A DNA stretch of 64,000 nucleotides from Candidatus Hadarchaeota archaeon (GTDB taxonomy: Archaea; Hadarchaeota; Hadarchaeia; Hadarchaeales; JAGGTB01): assembly GCA_964384105.1 (NCBI GenBank), contig CAYLJV010000002.1, forward strand, positions 64,001 to 128,000, in the 5' to 3' direction. Shown here one piece after another: positions 48,799-58,674 of this stretch. The notes under the pieces are model-generated. The model did no database searches. It worked only from the letters and a program-made list of their open reading frames with translations, and was not told the origin of the DNA. Position 1 is the first letter of the stretch; the number at the start of each line of letters is the position of its first letter. A program made the translations under genes and the position numbers.

Positions 48799-49826
48799 GA
48801 TTCCCAAGTTTTAGAGAGTTTTATACCTGACCATGCTATTCCGGTAGCGCTGAAGAGACTAGTAAACCAGAAAGAAACACCCCTATCCAAAAGAGCAGCA
48901 CTTAAGGCCACACCAGCCGGTACCCCCGCCGCTTTAAATATAACGATATATGCTCCTTCTACTACCCCCAAACCCCCGGGTATGGGAACTATTTGAAGAA
49001 CCAACCCGAGAGTGAGTGCCAATACCACGGTAACTAGAGAAACGGGCTCACCCAGAGCCAAAAAAACTATCCACATACGCAATATAGATAAAAACCAGTA
49101 TATACTTGAAAGAGCGACCGCAGGACCTGCATACCTCTTATTACCAAGTATGCGCGGGGATCCTTCTGCAAATCCTTCCATAAACTCTTCTACTTTTCTC
49201 TCCACATACTCAATAGGCCTAAATTTAGTAATTATTCTCCTCAATTTTTGAATGAGCCACTGGATAAAGCTCTTAGCGGGTTTAGGGCGAATAGAAACAT
49301 ACAAAAAAGCGATTAGCACTATTATCACAAAAATAGACGTGATTAAAAGTACTATCGTCAAATACAGAGATATATCCCAAATGAAAATGGCTGTAGAGAG
49401 AGAAGCGAGTATAATAAAGATAAATGGTATCCCATCAACCGCCCTATCCGCAACAACTGTAGCAAAACTCTTTCCAATCGGAACTTCACCAAGCTCAGAG
49501 AACATATACGCTCTTAGGGGGTCTCCACCAACATTGCCGCTTGGAACCACCGTATTCACGAAAATACCGGACAAAAGAATAGGAAACATTCTCCTCGCTC
49601 CAACATTCAAACCAATCGCTTGAGTAAGAATCTTCCACTTAGAAAGCCAGATCATAATAGCCAAGACCTGAACTACAAAGGCCAAAGCATAGATAGAACT
49701 ATTTGTCTTGGAAATGGCCTCCAATATTCTGTCGATACCAGTAATCAGAGTTAGCGCAAAAATGATGACTACTCCGATCAAAAAAAACGGAATGGCCTTT
49801 TTAAGAGAGAAACGCGAATCGAACAC
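48795..49826 (-). CDS. UPF0104/lysylphosphatidylglycerol synthase TM (flippase-like) protein
   Basis: P.G..GGDPLR, DR..D, PIPGGLGVVEG, LLDR..SFW. Confidence 0.88.
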   Translation of the reverse strand: MFDSRFSLKKAIPFFLIGVVIIFALTLITGIDRILEAISKTNSSIYALAFVVQVLAIMIWLSKWKILTQAIGLNVGARRMFPILLSGIFVNTVVPSGNVGGDPLRAYMFSELGEVPIGKSFATVVADRAVDGIPFIFIILASLSTAIFIWDISLYLTIVLLITSIFVIIVLIAFLYVSIRPKPAKSFIQWLIQKLRRIITKFRPIEYVERKVEEFMEGFAEGSPRILGNKRYAGPAVALSSIYWFLSILRMWIVFLALGEPVSLVTVVLALTLGLVLQIVPIPGGLGVVEGAYIVIFKAAGVPAGVALSAALLDRGVSFWFTSLFSATGIAWSGIKLSKTWES

Positions 49827-49896
49827 AGTTATCCCTATCCATTTAATCTTAAAAAACGCTTAAAAGCTCCTACCATTAATCAAGATATGGAAGCAA

Positions 49897-50607
49897 ATGG
49901 ACCTTTTTAAAATCGGTTTTATTCCCATAGGTGGAAAAAAGGAAGAGAAAACATTCGAAATCCTAGTAGTACTCTCCAAAACTGTAGTGAAATGTGTAGA
50001 AAAATTCCGAGATGGAGTAAACGAATTCTCTAAAAACAATCTTGAGAAAGGTCGGGAAATATTAAGTGAAGTGGAGAAACTCGAATCAGAAGCAGACGAA
50101 CACAACTTTAAGTTCAAGTCCAGACTAGGCGGGGGAGCATTTCTTCCCACTTACAGAGGAGACCTATCAAAACTCTCCGAGTCCATTGACGACATAGCAG
50201 ATGTGGCAGAAAGATCAATTAGAGAAATAAACCGAAGGCCTCGAGTATTTGAAGATCTTAAAAAAGCCGAAAAGAAAAACGAAAAAGCAGAATTTCTCAG
50301 ACTAGGACTCGTAGATCTGGCCGAGAAAGCAGTAAAATCCACAAGGGCGCTAGACAAAGCCACCTCTGTCCTTATGAAAAATATGGACGAAGCAGCGAAA
50401 AGAGCAGAAGGAATTCACAAACGAGAACAAGAATCAGATAGAAAAGAAAACGAACTAGCAATGGAGCTTTATAAGCACGAAGATTTATTGAACCCCATAA
50501 CCGTGATGCAAATAAAAGAATTAATCAAGAGCTTTGGTCAGATATCGGACGCAGCTGAAGATTCCGGAAATATACTTTCCGCAATGGTATATTCAATAAA
50601 AGCTTGA
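49897..50607 (+). CDS. DUF47 (PhoU-like) phosphate transport regulator
   Basis: LESEADE, FLPTYRGDL, IDDIAD, ISDAAED; adjacent to PiT. Confidence 0.85.
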   Translation: MDLFKIGFIPIGGKKEEKTFEILVVLSKTVVKCVEKFRDGVNEFSKNNLEKGREILSEVEKLESEADEHNFKFKSRLGGGAFLPTYRGDLSKLSESIDDIADVAERSIREINRRPRVFEDLKKAEKKNEKAEFLRLGLVDLAEKAVKSTRALDKATSVLMKNMDEAAKRAEGIHKREQESDRKENELAMELYKHEDLLNPITVMQIKELIKSFGQISDAAEDSGNILSAMVYSIKA

Positions 50608-50625
50608 ATTACAACTTATCGAATC

Positions 50626-51654
50626 CTAAAATACAACAAAAGAAATCCAACCAAAGAAAAAGGAGAGTGCTGCAGCAACTAGTGGTGTTACAATCCAAGT
50701 CAATGCTATTCGGCCAACTTTACCCTTACTCACAGTAGCCAAACCCTTTACAAGCCCTACTCCTATTATACCACCTACTATCGCCTGAGAAGTCGAAACA
50801 GGGATTCCAAACTGATTAAAACTCCAAACGGTGATAGCAGCTCCTATCTGGGCCGAAGAAGCGGTAATAGAATCCAACCTCGTTATCCCGAAACCTACAG
50901 TCTGCATAACCCTGCGACTATATGTCACAGCTCCGACAATTAAGGCAACGCCGCCGAATAATGCTACGACTTGATGAGACCAAATTGCCTGTTTCCCTAA
51001 AACAACGCTTAGAACCCCCATTCCCGCACCAACATCGTTAGTTCCTAAAGTATATGCCGTGAAACAACCGGCCACTACGGAAAGAAAGCCAAAAACCCGA
51101 TTAATAGTTATGAGATTTTTTATCCAAGATAAGGCACTTGAAAAAATTCTATAGAAGATAAAAGCCAGCGCAATGGCACCTAAAGGTGATAATATCCAGC
51201 TCAAGGCTATAGTTCCTAGTCTACCGAATTGAACACTCGCAGTAGTTCCATTTATCGGACCAAGAACAGATATTAAAATCCCGGACCCCATAACCGCCCC
51301 CAATATCGACTGAGACGTAGAAACGGGGAACCCAAAAGTTGTTGCTATAGTAACCCATATCCCCGCCGCTAGTAATGTAAGAATAGCTATTAGCGGGAGC
51401 TGAGATAGAGGGTTACTCTCTCCAGGAGGTGGCACTATAATATCTTCACCAATCGTCTTCATAACCGCTCCACCTTCCAAGACGGCACCCAAAATAACGA
51501 ATATAATGAGTATCAGGATCGCTTTTCTGTAACTTAGGACACCACCACCCACTGGCGCTCCCATCGCATTAGCCGCATCATTAGCACCGATGTTCCATGC
51601 TAGGTAGAACCCCACTAACAAGGAGAGCCACAGAATATAATCGATTAAAACCAC
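50626..51654 (-). CDS. pit: PiT-family inorganic phosphate transporter
   Basis: GANDAAN, PVSTSQ twice, GTNDVG. Confidence 0.92.
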   Translation of the reverse strand: MVLIDYILWLSLLVGFYLAWNIGANDAANAMGAPVGGGVLSYRKAILILIIFVILGAVLEGGAVMKTIGEDIIVPPPGESNPLSQLPLIAILTLLAAGIWVTIATTFGFPVSTSQSILGAVMGSGILISVLGPINGTTASVQFGRLGTIALSWILSPLGAIALAFIFYRIFSSALSWIKNLITINRVFGFLSVVAGCFTAYTLGTNDVGAGMGVLSVVLGKQAIWSHQVVALFGGVALIVGAVTYSRRVMQTVGFGITRLDSITASSAQIGAAITVWSFNQFGIPVSTSQAIVGGIIGVGLVKGLATVSKGKVGRIALTWIVTPLVAAALSFFFGWISFVVF

Positions 51655-51702
51655 CTAATCATATTACCAAACAAAAATTCTAACCTTAGAAAGGATAAAA
51701 AT

Positions 51703-52191
51703 CTATATTCTCAATATTTCTACGTCTAATTTTTTGGTATCAAGTAAACCTACCGTTCTTTCTTCGGCTAAATATCCCGATACGGCTCCGGGATTTATCA
51801 CTAGCGGATTTTCTTTAATTCCAGACTTGTGGGTGTGGCCCCTGACTACAACATCGTACTTTCCACTCGCAGCTAGCGATTCAACAATCTCCTCATTCTC
51901 GCCATGGAACAAAGCGATATTATGATCATCTATCTCAATAGATTCAAAACTTCCGGCCGGTTCTATACCAATTTCCTCGAACTTTTTAAGAATATGCAGC
52001 CTGTCTCCCTCATTATTTCCCCAAACGTAATGAAGCTTAGCATCCAGATCAGAAAGCTTCGAAATCACGAAAGGTGATACCAAATCACCAGCATGTAGAA
52101 CGCGATCGACACTTACGTCATTGAATATCTTGACCGCTTTTTCAGTAGCATCAAGGTTATCGTGAGTATCCGACATCAAACCAACTTTCAA
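51703..52191 (-). CDS. YfcE/MJ0936-type metallophosphoesterase
   Basis: SDTHDN, HAGD, GNNE, HG, GHTH, INPG. Confidence 0.9.
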   Translation of the reverse strand: MKVGLMSDTHDNLDATEKAVKIFNDVSVDRVLHAGDLVSPFVISKLSDLDAKLHYVWGNNEGDRLHILKKFEEIGIEPAGSFESIEIDDHNIALFHGENEEIVESLAASGKYDVVVRGHTHKSGIKENPLVINPGAVSGYLAEERTVGLLDTKKLDVEILRI

Positions 52192-52214
52192 GTAATCACC
52201 CCCATAACACTCAA

Positions 52215-53381
52215 TCAGTGGGAATTAACAGATTCATTCATTTCAATACCAATCAATTCTAAAATTAATCTCCCTGTCCTCTCAATATTTTCAACTTTGA
52301 TATTGTCCGGAACATCCTCCCTGGTATGGATATTGGAATTTAATCTCAAACAAACATTTGAAAGATTGAAAACTCTTTCAAGAAACTCGTGGAATTTCTC
52401 TTTTTCCTCCGGATCAAGGGAAGTCAAGGTTGTTGCCTTTATGCCTTTTTCAACGAAAGGAATATGATCATGGTAAGAAATAGGAGCCCAGAAACTTTCC
52501 GTGCTTATTTTATCCTCAATTTCTTTATTTAACTGAGTAGCTGTAAACTTCTTCATGAGAGTTCCGTTTCCGCGCACTAACGCCAGTTTTTCTCCACTTC
52601 CCAAAGAATCTAGATTCAAGAAGAAATCCGCACTGTCAACTTCTTTGGAAAACTCCTTGGAACCGGCCAAATTCTGCTCTTCACCTCCAAAAGCAACAAA
52701 AACTAGCTCTGTATCCCCAGGCTTCACCTCTGAAGCGACCCTAGCTACTTCAAGCATTACAGAAACTCCTGAAGCATTATCATTAGCACCAGGAGAAACC
52801 AAGCTCTCGTAGGCCCAAAAGAGGAATCCAGAAAGAAAAATATAGGGGATTAAAATTCCAATCCAGCCCACAAGCCAAGCTGTATATCCTATGGAAAAAC
52901 GGAAAATTGAAAGTGCCAAGAAAGCAGCGAGAAGTATGGGGAACCCAATTTTAAAAAAATAAATCCATTTTAAGCTCTTTACGCAGCGAGCCGAATCGTA
53001 ATGGGCCCCAACTATTATTTTTCTATTAACTTTATCTTCAGGAACTAATCTCGAAATTACGTTTCTATCTCTTTTCTTCGGGATAATCCAAGACAGAGAA
53101 TAGACGGAAACATAACCGGCTATGAGAATAAAAAATGAATAAAGTGAACTAAGAAACGGAGCGACTACGAATATTCCGGCTAATATCAAGACCATAAGAC
53201 GATTCTTCAAAACTTCATCAACAAAACGGAAATCCTGAAATCTCGTCTTCAAATCAAAACTTTCAAATTGTTCCCCTATGTATTCGGCTGCCTTTTTCGA
53301 CCTTTTCCCACCAGCCAATCTTGGGCCTATCTCATATGTTAGATTATCGATATGCTCAAAAACCTTTTTAGACTCGATCAA
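52215..53381 (-). CDS. Membrane-associated M28 metallopeptidase
   Basis: GAHYDS, GANDNASG, GEE, NLD, DH, IHT..D; TM segments. Confidence 0.88.
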   Translation of the reverse strand: MIESKKVFEHIDNLTYEIGPRLAGGKRSKKAAEYIGEQFESFDLKTRFQDFRFVDEVLKNRLMVLILAGIFVVAPFLSSLYSFFILIAGYVSVYSLSWIIPKKRDRNVISRLVPEDKVNRKIIVGAHYDSARCVKSLKWIYFFKIGFPILLAAFLALSIFRFSIGYTAWLVGWIGILIPYIFLSGFLFWAYESLVSPGANDNASGVSVMLEVARVASEVKPGDTELVFVAFGGEEQNLAGSKEFSKEVDSADFFLNLDSLGSGEKLALVRGNGTLMKKFTATQLNKEIEDKISTESFWAPISYHDHIPFVEKGIKATTLTSLDPEEKEKFHEFLERVFNLSNVCLRLNSNIHTREDVPDNIKVENIERTGRLILELIGIEMNESVNSH

Positions 53382-53513
53382 ACTCTCACCAAAATTTTAC
53401 TAACGATTATACTTTTACACAAATTCTCTATGGCTCAAACAAAGGTATAAAAAGTTGGTAAGTGTCACCTTCAAATATTATTTATCAGTAATTAATCCAA
53501 TGATTAGATGCCT

Positions 53514-53601
53514 GCGGGGGTTGCCGAGCCAGGTCAAAGGCGAGGGACTCAAGATCCCTTCTCGTAGGAGTTCGAGGGTTCGAAGCCCTCCCCCCGCACC
53601 A
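53514..53601 (+). tRNA. tRNA-Leu(CAA)
   Basis: gcggggg...cccccgc-a-cca, anticodon arm aggga-ctCAAga-tccct, long variable arm. Confidence 0.96.
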
Positions 53602-53827
53602 CTCTTTGCCTGACTCAAAAAGGCCTAAAAGTTCCCTAATTCCATTTTCAAGGAATTTAATAATTTTAATCCCCCCACTCTAGCTTTCTACTGATCGAGT
53701 AACAACTCAAGGGTCAGGGCACTCGGATCTATAACCAGTAGAAACATCAGACTTTCTAAATAATCTACATAATTTTCATAAAAGGAGATACGGGTTTCAT
53801 AAGGAGACTTTGAAAACCAGAAAAAAA

Positions 53828-54136
53828 TCATAAATTAGAACTGTCAATACTTTCCTTCAATTTCATTATTTTACTGTCAATCCGTTGTACTCTCCGTATA
53901 GACCTGACTATTAGATAAGCTCCCAATAATATCAGTCCAATACAGATAATCAAGAGAAATATGAAAAGATATAGAACTTCGCTTATATTATAGTACTGAG
54001 AAGCTGCAGTCAAAATAGTAAAAACTGATATCGGTATAGTAAATAGAGCTAGACCAGTTCTCAAAACTGACAGAGAAGTTCTTTTTTCTGAAAGCAAAAC
54101 CCTAATTTCATTAAAAAGAGTAGATTTATCATCCAT
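53828..54136 (-). CDS. DUF202/YidH-like small membrane protein
   Basis: LLSEKRTSLSVLRTGLAL then two TMs; own BRE-TATA at ~54196-54207. Confidence 0.75.
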   Translation of the reverse strand: MDDKSTLFNEIRVLLSEKRTSLSVLRTGLALFTIPISVFTILTAASQYYNISEVLYLFIFLLIICIGLILLGAYLIVRSIRRVQRIDSKIMKLKESIDSSNL

Positions 54137-54280
54137 TTTTGGTCCTACCACATAATGTCCCCCATCAGGCCGAAGATACACATCACATTTGTTGATTATA
54201 AATTTTCACTTTAGGTTAAAACATAATCATCAGAAACCAAAGAAAAATCAACTAACAGAGATATTCACGCTCTGAAAATC

Positions 54281-54390
54281 AAAAAGGGGAGGAGACACTG
54301 TACTTCCCCCTTGGAGGTGAGAATACCAGTCAACTGAAATTGTTGAAAGTAACAAGAACACTTTCAAGAATTCACATTCTCCTCCCTTTC
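54281..54390 (-). ncRNA. Putative structured small RNA (three-way junction)
   Basis: 9-bp closing stem, two internal hairpins, upstream BRE/TATA-like gaaaattttatga, 3' TTTTT. Confidence 0.5.
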
Positions 54391-54627
54391 ATTGATTGTG
54401 TTACCCATCAATCATAAAATTTTCTAAATCTAGAAGATGAAGAAACGAAATTTCGGCCAATATTTTTTGAAAAGTCTCAAAGTGAATATTTCTAGTTTTA
54501 GTTAAAAACAATATTTCAAAAGGAATTTAGAATGAATTAACCGTTCATCCCTAAATATCCCCCAAGAATAGTTGAAGATTTACAAAACATTTTTTTATCT
54601 CTCAGAAAAAGAATTAGTGGTGGAAAT

Positions 54628-55065
54628 ATGCCTACGAAACAGGAATTATTGGAAGAAAAGACCGTAAAAGAATTGACTCAAATGGCTAGAGACAAGGATC
54701 TATCGGGCTATTCCCAGATGAACAAGCCCGGACTAGTAGACTTAATCAAATCAAATTACACAAAAGCGGAAATACAGGATTGGCCTAAGAAAAAAGAAAA
54801 AACCAAAAAAGAAACTAAAAAAGAAAAGAAGACCAAAGAACCAGAAGCCCCGAAAGAAACTGAAGAAACAGAGACAACCGAAATTAGCAAAGAAGAACTT
54901 AAAAAACCGAAAAGCGTTGAAACCGTGGAAGTCGAAGGAGATTTCGAAAGAGTACCTCGACCCCAGCCTAAAAAAACAACGACAAAAAACCGATGGCCGA
55001 TTATCGCCGTAATAATTGTATTGGTAATAATAGCTATTGCCCTAATCGCTTGGGCAGTCGTATAA
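54628..55065 (+). CDS. Rho_N/HeH-domain protein with K/E-rich linker and C-terminal TM anchor
   Basis: LEEKTVKELTQMARDKDLSGYSQMNKPGLVDLI; tail WPIIAVIIVLVIIAIALIAWAVV. Confidence 0.8.
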   Translation: MPTKQELLEEKTVKELTQMARDKDLSGYSQMNKPGLVDLIKSNYTKAEIQDWPKKKEKTKKETKKEKKTKEPEAPKETEETETTEISKEELKKPKSVETVEVEGDFERVPRPQPKKTTTKNRWPIIAVIIVLVIIAIALIAWAVV

Positions 55066-55132
55066 AACGATTTCAGAGTTATCAGAGCAGAACAAAGCCA
55101 TGAAAGTCTAGCTGTAGCTTTCGAGAATTTGG

Positions 55133-55792
55133 CTAAGATACCTTCAACTTTAATAAATCTAAAAATATCCTTAATCCACTAGCTATAGTAGTACCCGACG
55201 CCTTAGAATATTCAGTAAAAATACCTTTTATGGGAATCGCTTGGAAACGTAAATTCTCCATCCCGACCTGTATTACTATCTCAGAAGACACAGCATAACG
55301 ATCACTCCTGATTTCGATTTTTTCCAAAGCCCGAGGACCAAAAGCCCTGAACCCTGATTGAGAATCAGTCAAAACTCCTCCTAACATATACGTAATAACA
55401 TCTAATCCATAATTTCCAATTCTCTTATTCAAAGGCATCTGATCCCGATCCCGCTCTCCCACAGCGAAATCTGCACCATCTAATGCATCCACCAACCGGT
55501 CAATGTCTGTAGGATCATGCTGACCATCAGCGTCAAAAGTAACTACTACCTCAGCGCCTTTATCCCGCGCCTTGTTTAAACCAGTTCTAATCGCAGCCCC
55601 CAGACCACGATTTTCTTCGTGAATAACGACCTCTGCTCCGAAATCACGAGAAATATCGGCCGTCCTATCCTGAGAACCATCGTCAACCACTATTATTTTC
55701 TCGTATTCCTCTTTCCTCAATCCCTCTAAAACAGAGCCTATACTCTTTTCCTCTTCATATGCAGGTATAACGATCCAAATATCCTTCGACAT
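55133..55792 (-). CDS. GT2 glycosyltransferase (DPM1-like)
   Basis: VIPAYEE, VDDGSQD, NRGLG, DADGQHDP, DSQSGFRA. Confidence 0.92.
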   Translation of the reverse strand: MSKDIWIVIPAYEEEKSIGSVLEGLRKEEYEKIIVVDDGSQDRTADISRDFGAEVVIHEENRGLGAAIRTGLNKARDKGAEVVVTFDADGQHDPTDIDRLVDALDGADFAVGERDRDQMPLNKRIGNYGLDVITYMLGGVLTDSQSGFRAFGPRALEKIEIRSDRYAVSSEIVIQVGMENLRFQAIPIKGIFTEYSKASGTTIASGLRIFLDLLKLKVS

Positions 55793-55899
55793 CGAAATTA
55801 TAATTGATTAGTTATAAATAAAGTCTATTCCCAAATATCCGAATCTAAAGCCCAAACAAAAGCTTAAGATAAAGCAACGGTTTTAAGCATGAACAATCA

Positions 55900-56817
55900 A
55901 TGAGAACTGAAACCATGCAAGACATATTAGTAACTGGTGGAGCAGGATTTATCGGTTCCAACCTGGTCAGGAAGCTTTTAGAAAATGGAAAAAATGTCAC
56001 CGTAATTGACAATCTATCCACAGGAGCTCCAGAAAATCTTGGTGATTTAATAGACAAAATAGAACTGATAAAAAAGCCTTGTTCTGAAATTCCAACTCTG
56101 GATTTAGAGAACATCGATTCAATCTTCCATATTGGAATACCCTCAAGCTCACCTATGTATAGAGACAATCCTTTACTAGTAGGAAGCGCCATCAATGAAT
56201 TTATAAAAATTATGGAACTTGCTAAAAAGACCGATTCTAAAGTGGTCTATGCCTCTAGCTCAAGCTTATACGGGAGATGCGAACCCCCTCACCAGGAAAA
56301 CATGGAAATAGAAGCCTTCGACTACTACACAGAAGCTAGACTAGCTATGGAAAGACTCGCTAAAGTATACCATGAACTCCATGAAGTAAATTCTGTAGGA
56401 ACACGATTTTTTTCCGTCTATGGTCCTCATGAAAAGAATAAAGGAAAATACGCAAACATTGTATCACAGTTTTATTGGAAGCTAAAAGAAGGGGAAAAGC
56501 CGAAGATTTACGGGGACGGGGAGCAGACCAGAGACTTTACTCACGTCAGCGATATTGTAAATATCTGCCTAAAAGCTATGGAAAAGAATCTTGGATACGA
56601 AATATTAAACGCAGGAACTGGAAAAGAAACGAGTTTCAATCAAGTGGTGGCTATTCTAAACGAAAAACTCGGAAAATCTATAGAACCAATCCACGTAGAA
56701 AATCCAATAGAAAACTACGTACCTAGAACTTGTGCAGACTTAACTAAAATGAAAAAACTATTGGAATACGAACCTCAGGTAGAATTAAGAAAAGGGATAG
56801 AAAGTATAATGAATTAA
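55900..56817 (+). CDS. NAD-dependent nucleotide-sugar epimerase/dehydratase
   Basis: VTGGAGFIGS, ASSS..YG, RFFSVYGP, GDGEQTRDF. Confidence 0.92.
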   Translation: MRTETMQDILVTGGAGFIGSNLVRKLLENGKNVTVIDNLSTGAPENLGDLIDKIELIKKPCSEIPTLDLENIDSIFHIGIPSSSPMYRDNPLLVGSAINEFIKIMELAKKTDSKVVYASSSSLYGRCEPPHQENMEIEAFDYYTEARLAMERLAKVYHELHEVNSVGTRFFSVYGPHEKNKGKYANIVSQFYWKLKEGEKPKIYGDGEQTRDFTHVSDIVNICLKAMEKNLGYEILNAGTGKETSFNQVVAILNEKLGKSIEPIHVENPIENYVPRTCADLTKMKKLLEYEPQVELRKGIESIMN

Positions 56818-56877
56818 TTTCTTCCCAAAAACAACTAATATTCAAAATTAAAGAACATCAAGAGGTGATGGTGAAAT

Positions 56878-57291
56878 ATGAAAATACATTCTAAGGAAAT
56901 AACTTTCTCTACAAATAGTCATAGAGAAGTCATCGATATGACTGACAAAGTAATGAACATCGCTAGAGAATCTGAAATAGAAAATGGAATACTAGTAGCC
57001 CAACTTCCCCATGCTACAGCCATGCTCGTACTGAATGAAAACGAGAGCGGGGTTAAAAAAGACCTCTTAAATAAATTAGATGAGTTTGCACCGCCACAAG
57101 CGGGATACAAACACGATAGAATTGACAGCAACGCTCATGCACATTTAAAAGCCGCACTTGTCGGATCCTCAAGAGTACTTCCTATAGTAGATGGGAAAGT
57201 CATAAAAGGCACCTGGCAGAGCTTCCTAGTAATAGAACAAGATGGCCCTCGTTCAAGACGAACTCTGTCAGTTCTAGTGATGGGAGAATAG
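56878..57291 (+). CDS. yjbQ: YjbQ/UPF0047 family protein
   Basis: HATA...NENE, YKHD..D.NAHAHLK, GTWQ, DGPR. Confidence 0.9.
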   Translation: MKIHSKEITFSTNSHREVIDMTDKVMNIARESEIENGILVAQLPHATAMLVLNENESGVKKDLLNKLDEFAPPQAGYKHDRIDSNAHAHLKAALVGSSRVLPIVDGKVIKGTWQSFLVIEQDGPRSRRTLSVLVMGE

Positions 57292-57315
57292 GGAAATCGG
57301 TTTCAGTTGGTTTTG

Positions 57316-57912
57316 ATGGAGAGTTTAGAGAAACTTAATGAAAAGATTGTAAACTGCACAATGTGCGACCTGCACAAAAACCGCACTAATGCAGTTCCTG
57401 GAGAAGGTCCAGAAGACGCTGATATAATGCTTATAGGGGAAGGACCTGGTTATCATGAGGATCAAAAAGGAAGACCGTTCGTGGGGAAAGCCGGCGAAGT
57501 TCTCACCGATCTGTTGGAAAAATCAAATCTAGAAAGAGAGGACGTTTTTATCGGGAATGTAATAAAATGCAGACCACCCGACAACAGAGACCCAACTAAA
57601 GAAGAAATTAAAAAATGCTCTCCATACTTAAAAAAGCAAATCCAACACATTAAGCCAAAACTCATAATTACACTAGGGCGGTTCGCATCTAAATTACTGT
57701 TAGGCCGTTCGGTAAAGGTAAGCAAGGAACATGGAAAACTGTTAGACTGTGATTACGCTGGACTAAAATGTAAACTCTTTATTTCTTACCACCCAGCTGC
57801 GGCTCTTTATGGACCCGGTGCGGGAGAGAAGCTAGAAAAAGATTTCGGAAAACTAAAAGATATCCTAGAGGAACTAAAAGACTTCAAACCAACCCAACAG
57901 ATGACTTTCTAG
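57316..57912 (+). CDS. udg: Family 4 uracil-DNA glycosylase
   Basis: CTMCDL, GEGPG..ED..GRPFVG, KCRPP.NR.P, YHPAA. Confidence 0.95.
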   Translation: MESLEKLNEKIVNCTMCDLHKNRTNAVPGEGPEDADIMLIGEGPGYHEDQKGRPFVGKAGEVLTDLLEKSNLEREDVFIGNVIKCRPPDNRDPTKEEIKKCSPYLKKQIQHIKPKLIITLGRFASKLLLGRSVKVSKEHGKLLDCDYAGLKCKLFISYHPAAALYGPGAGEKLEKDFGKLKDILEELKDFKPTQQMTF

Positions 57913-58002
57913 ATTAGATTTTTTGAACCCTGTTGAGATCTTTAATTAGAACTCTCATTCCAAAGAAAAAAACGTCTGGCTGAATCAATAGAAAATCTGA
58001 AA

Positions 58003-58665
58003 TTATATATTAGTTAAATCCAAAAGATTTGCCTCTGTTTTTCTCACGATCTCCGAAGGAATGTCCAAAACCCTATCTGAACGCTCTATTATAATCCGAT
58101 CACTTGAAGCAGAAACATCGACACCCCAGACTTCCGCATCCGTTCCTTTAGTAGTTCTCGCGCCACCTCCAAGACCTCTGTTCTCTAACTCTCTTCTTAT
58201 TAAACCGGCCAACTCTCCACTTTTGCTAACCTGTTTATCGAAAAAGAAAAACACCTTTGCAGGTTTTAAATCCTCAAGAATATCAAGAATTTTAAAAACT
58301 GCGGGTTCAGTTGAATCAGATATTTTATATTTACCAAAGATAGCCTGTAAATCTCTTATAAATCCATCATCGCATTTTACTACCCTCTCCCCACTCATGA
58401 CGCTTTCAACAGTAATTAGAACATTATAACCGTCGATACCTACATTGCGACCTTCCATCTCTCCAGGCTTAACCAGCCTTTTTCTATGGTCGTTAATCTC
58501 ATCTTCAGAAAACACACATCTAGTTAACAAGTGTCTATCATCCAAAACCAATTGATAATGGTCTGCTACGAACTTCACTGCCGAGCTCCGAGGATAACCC
58601 CTATTAAGTAAACATCTGAGATCCCGAATTGCTCTTTTTAGCTCATCTGAAAGCATCATTTTCAT
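58003..58665 (-). CDS. DUF434 family protein
   Basis: LLNRGYPR, IDGYNVLITVES, DGFIRD, SKSGELA. Confidence 0.88.
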   Translation of the reverse strand: MKMMLSDELKRAIRDLRCLLNRGYPRSSAVKFVADHYQLVLDDRHLLTRCVFSEDEINDHRKRLVKPGEMEGRNVGIDGYNVLITVESVMSGERVVKCDDGFIRDLQAIFGKYKISDSTEPAVFKILDILEDLKPAKVFFFFDKQVSKSGELAGLIRRELENRGLGGGARTTKGTDAEVWGVDVSASSDRIIIERSDRVLDIPSEIVRKTEANLLDLTNI

Positions 58666-58674
58666 TTAAAGAGG

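Noticed and set aside
54281-54390. Structured RNA as 5S rRNA or tRNA
   Set aside because: Similar size and three-way shape, but lacks recognisable 5S conserved sequence and tRNA T/D loops.
53602-54628. Possible integrated element at tRNA-Leu
   Set aside because: No integrase and no duplicated tRNA 3' end found in the window.
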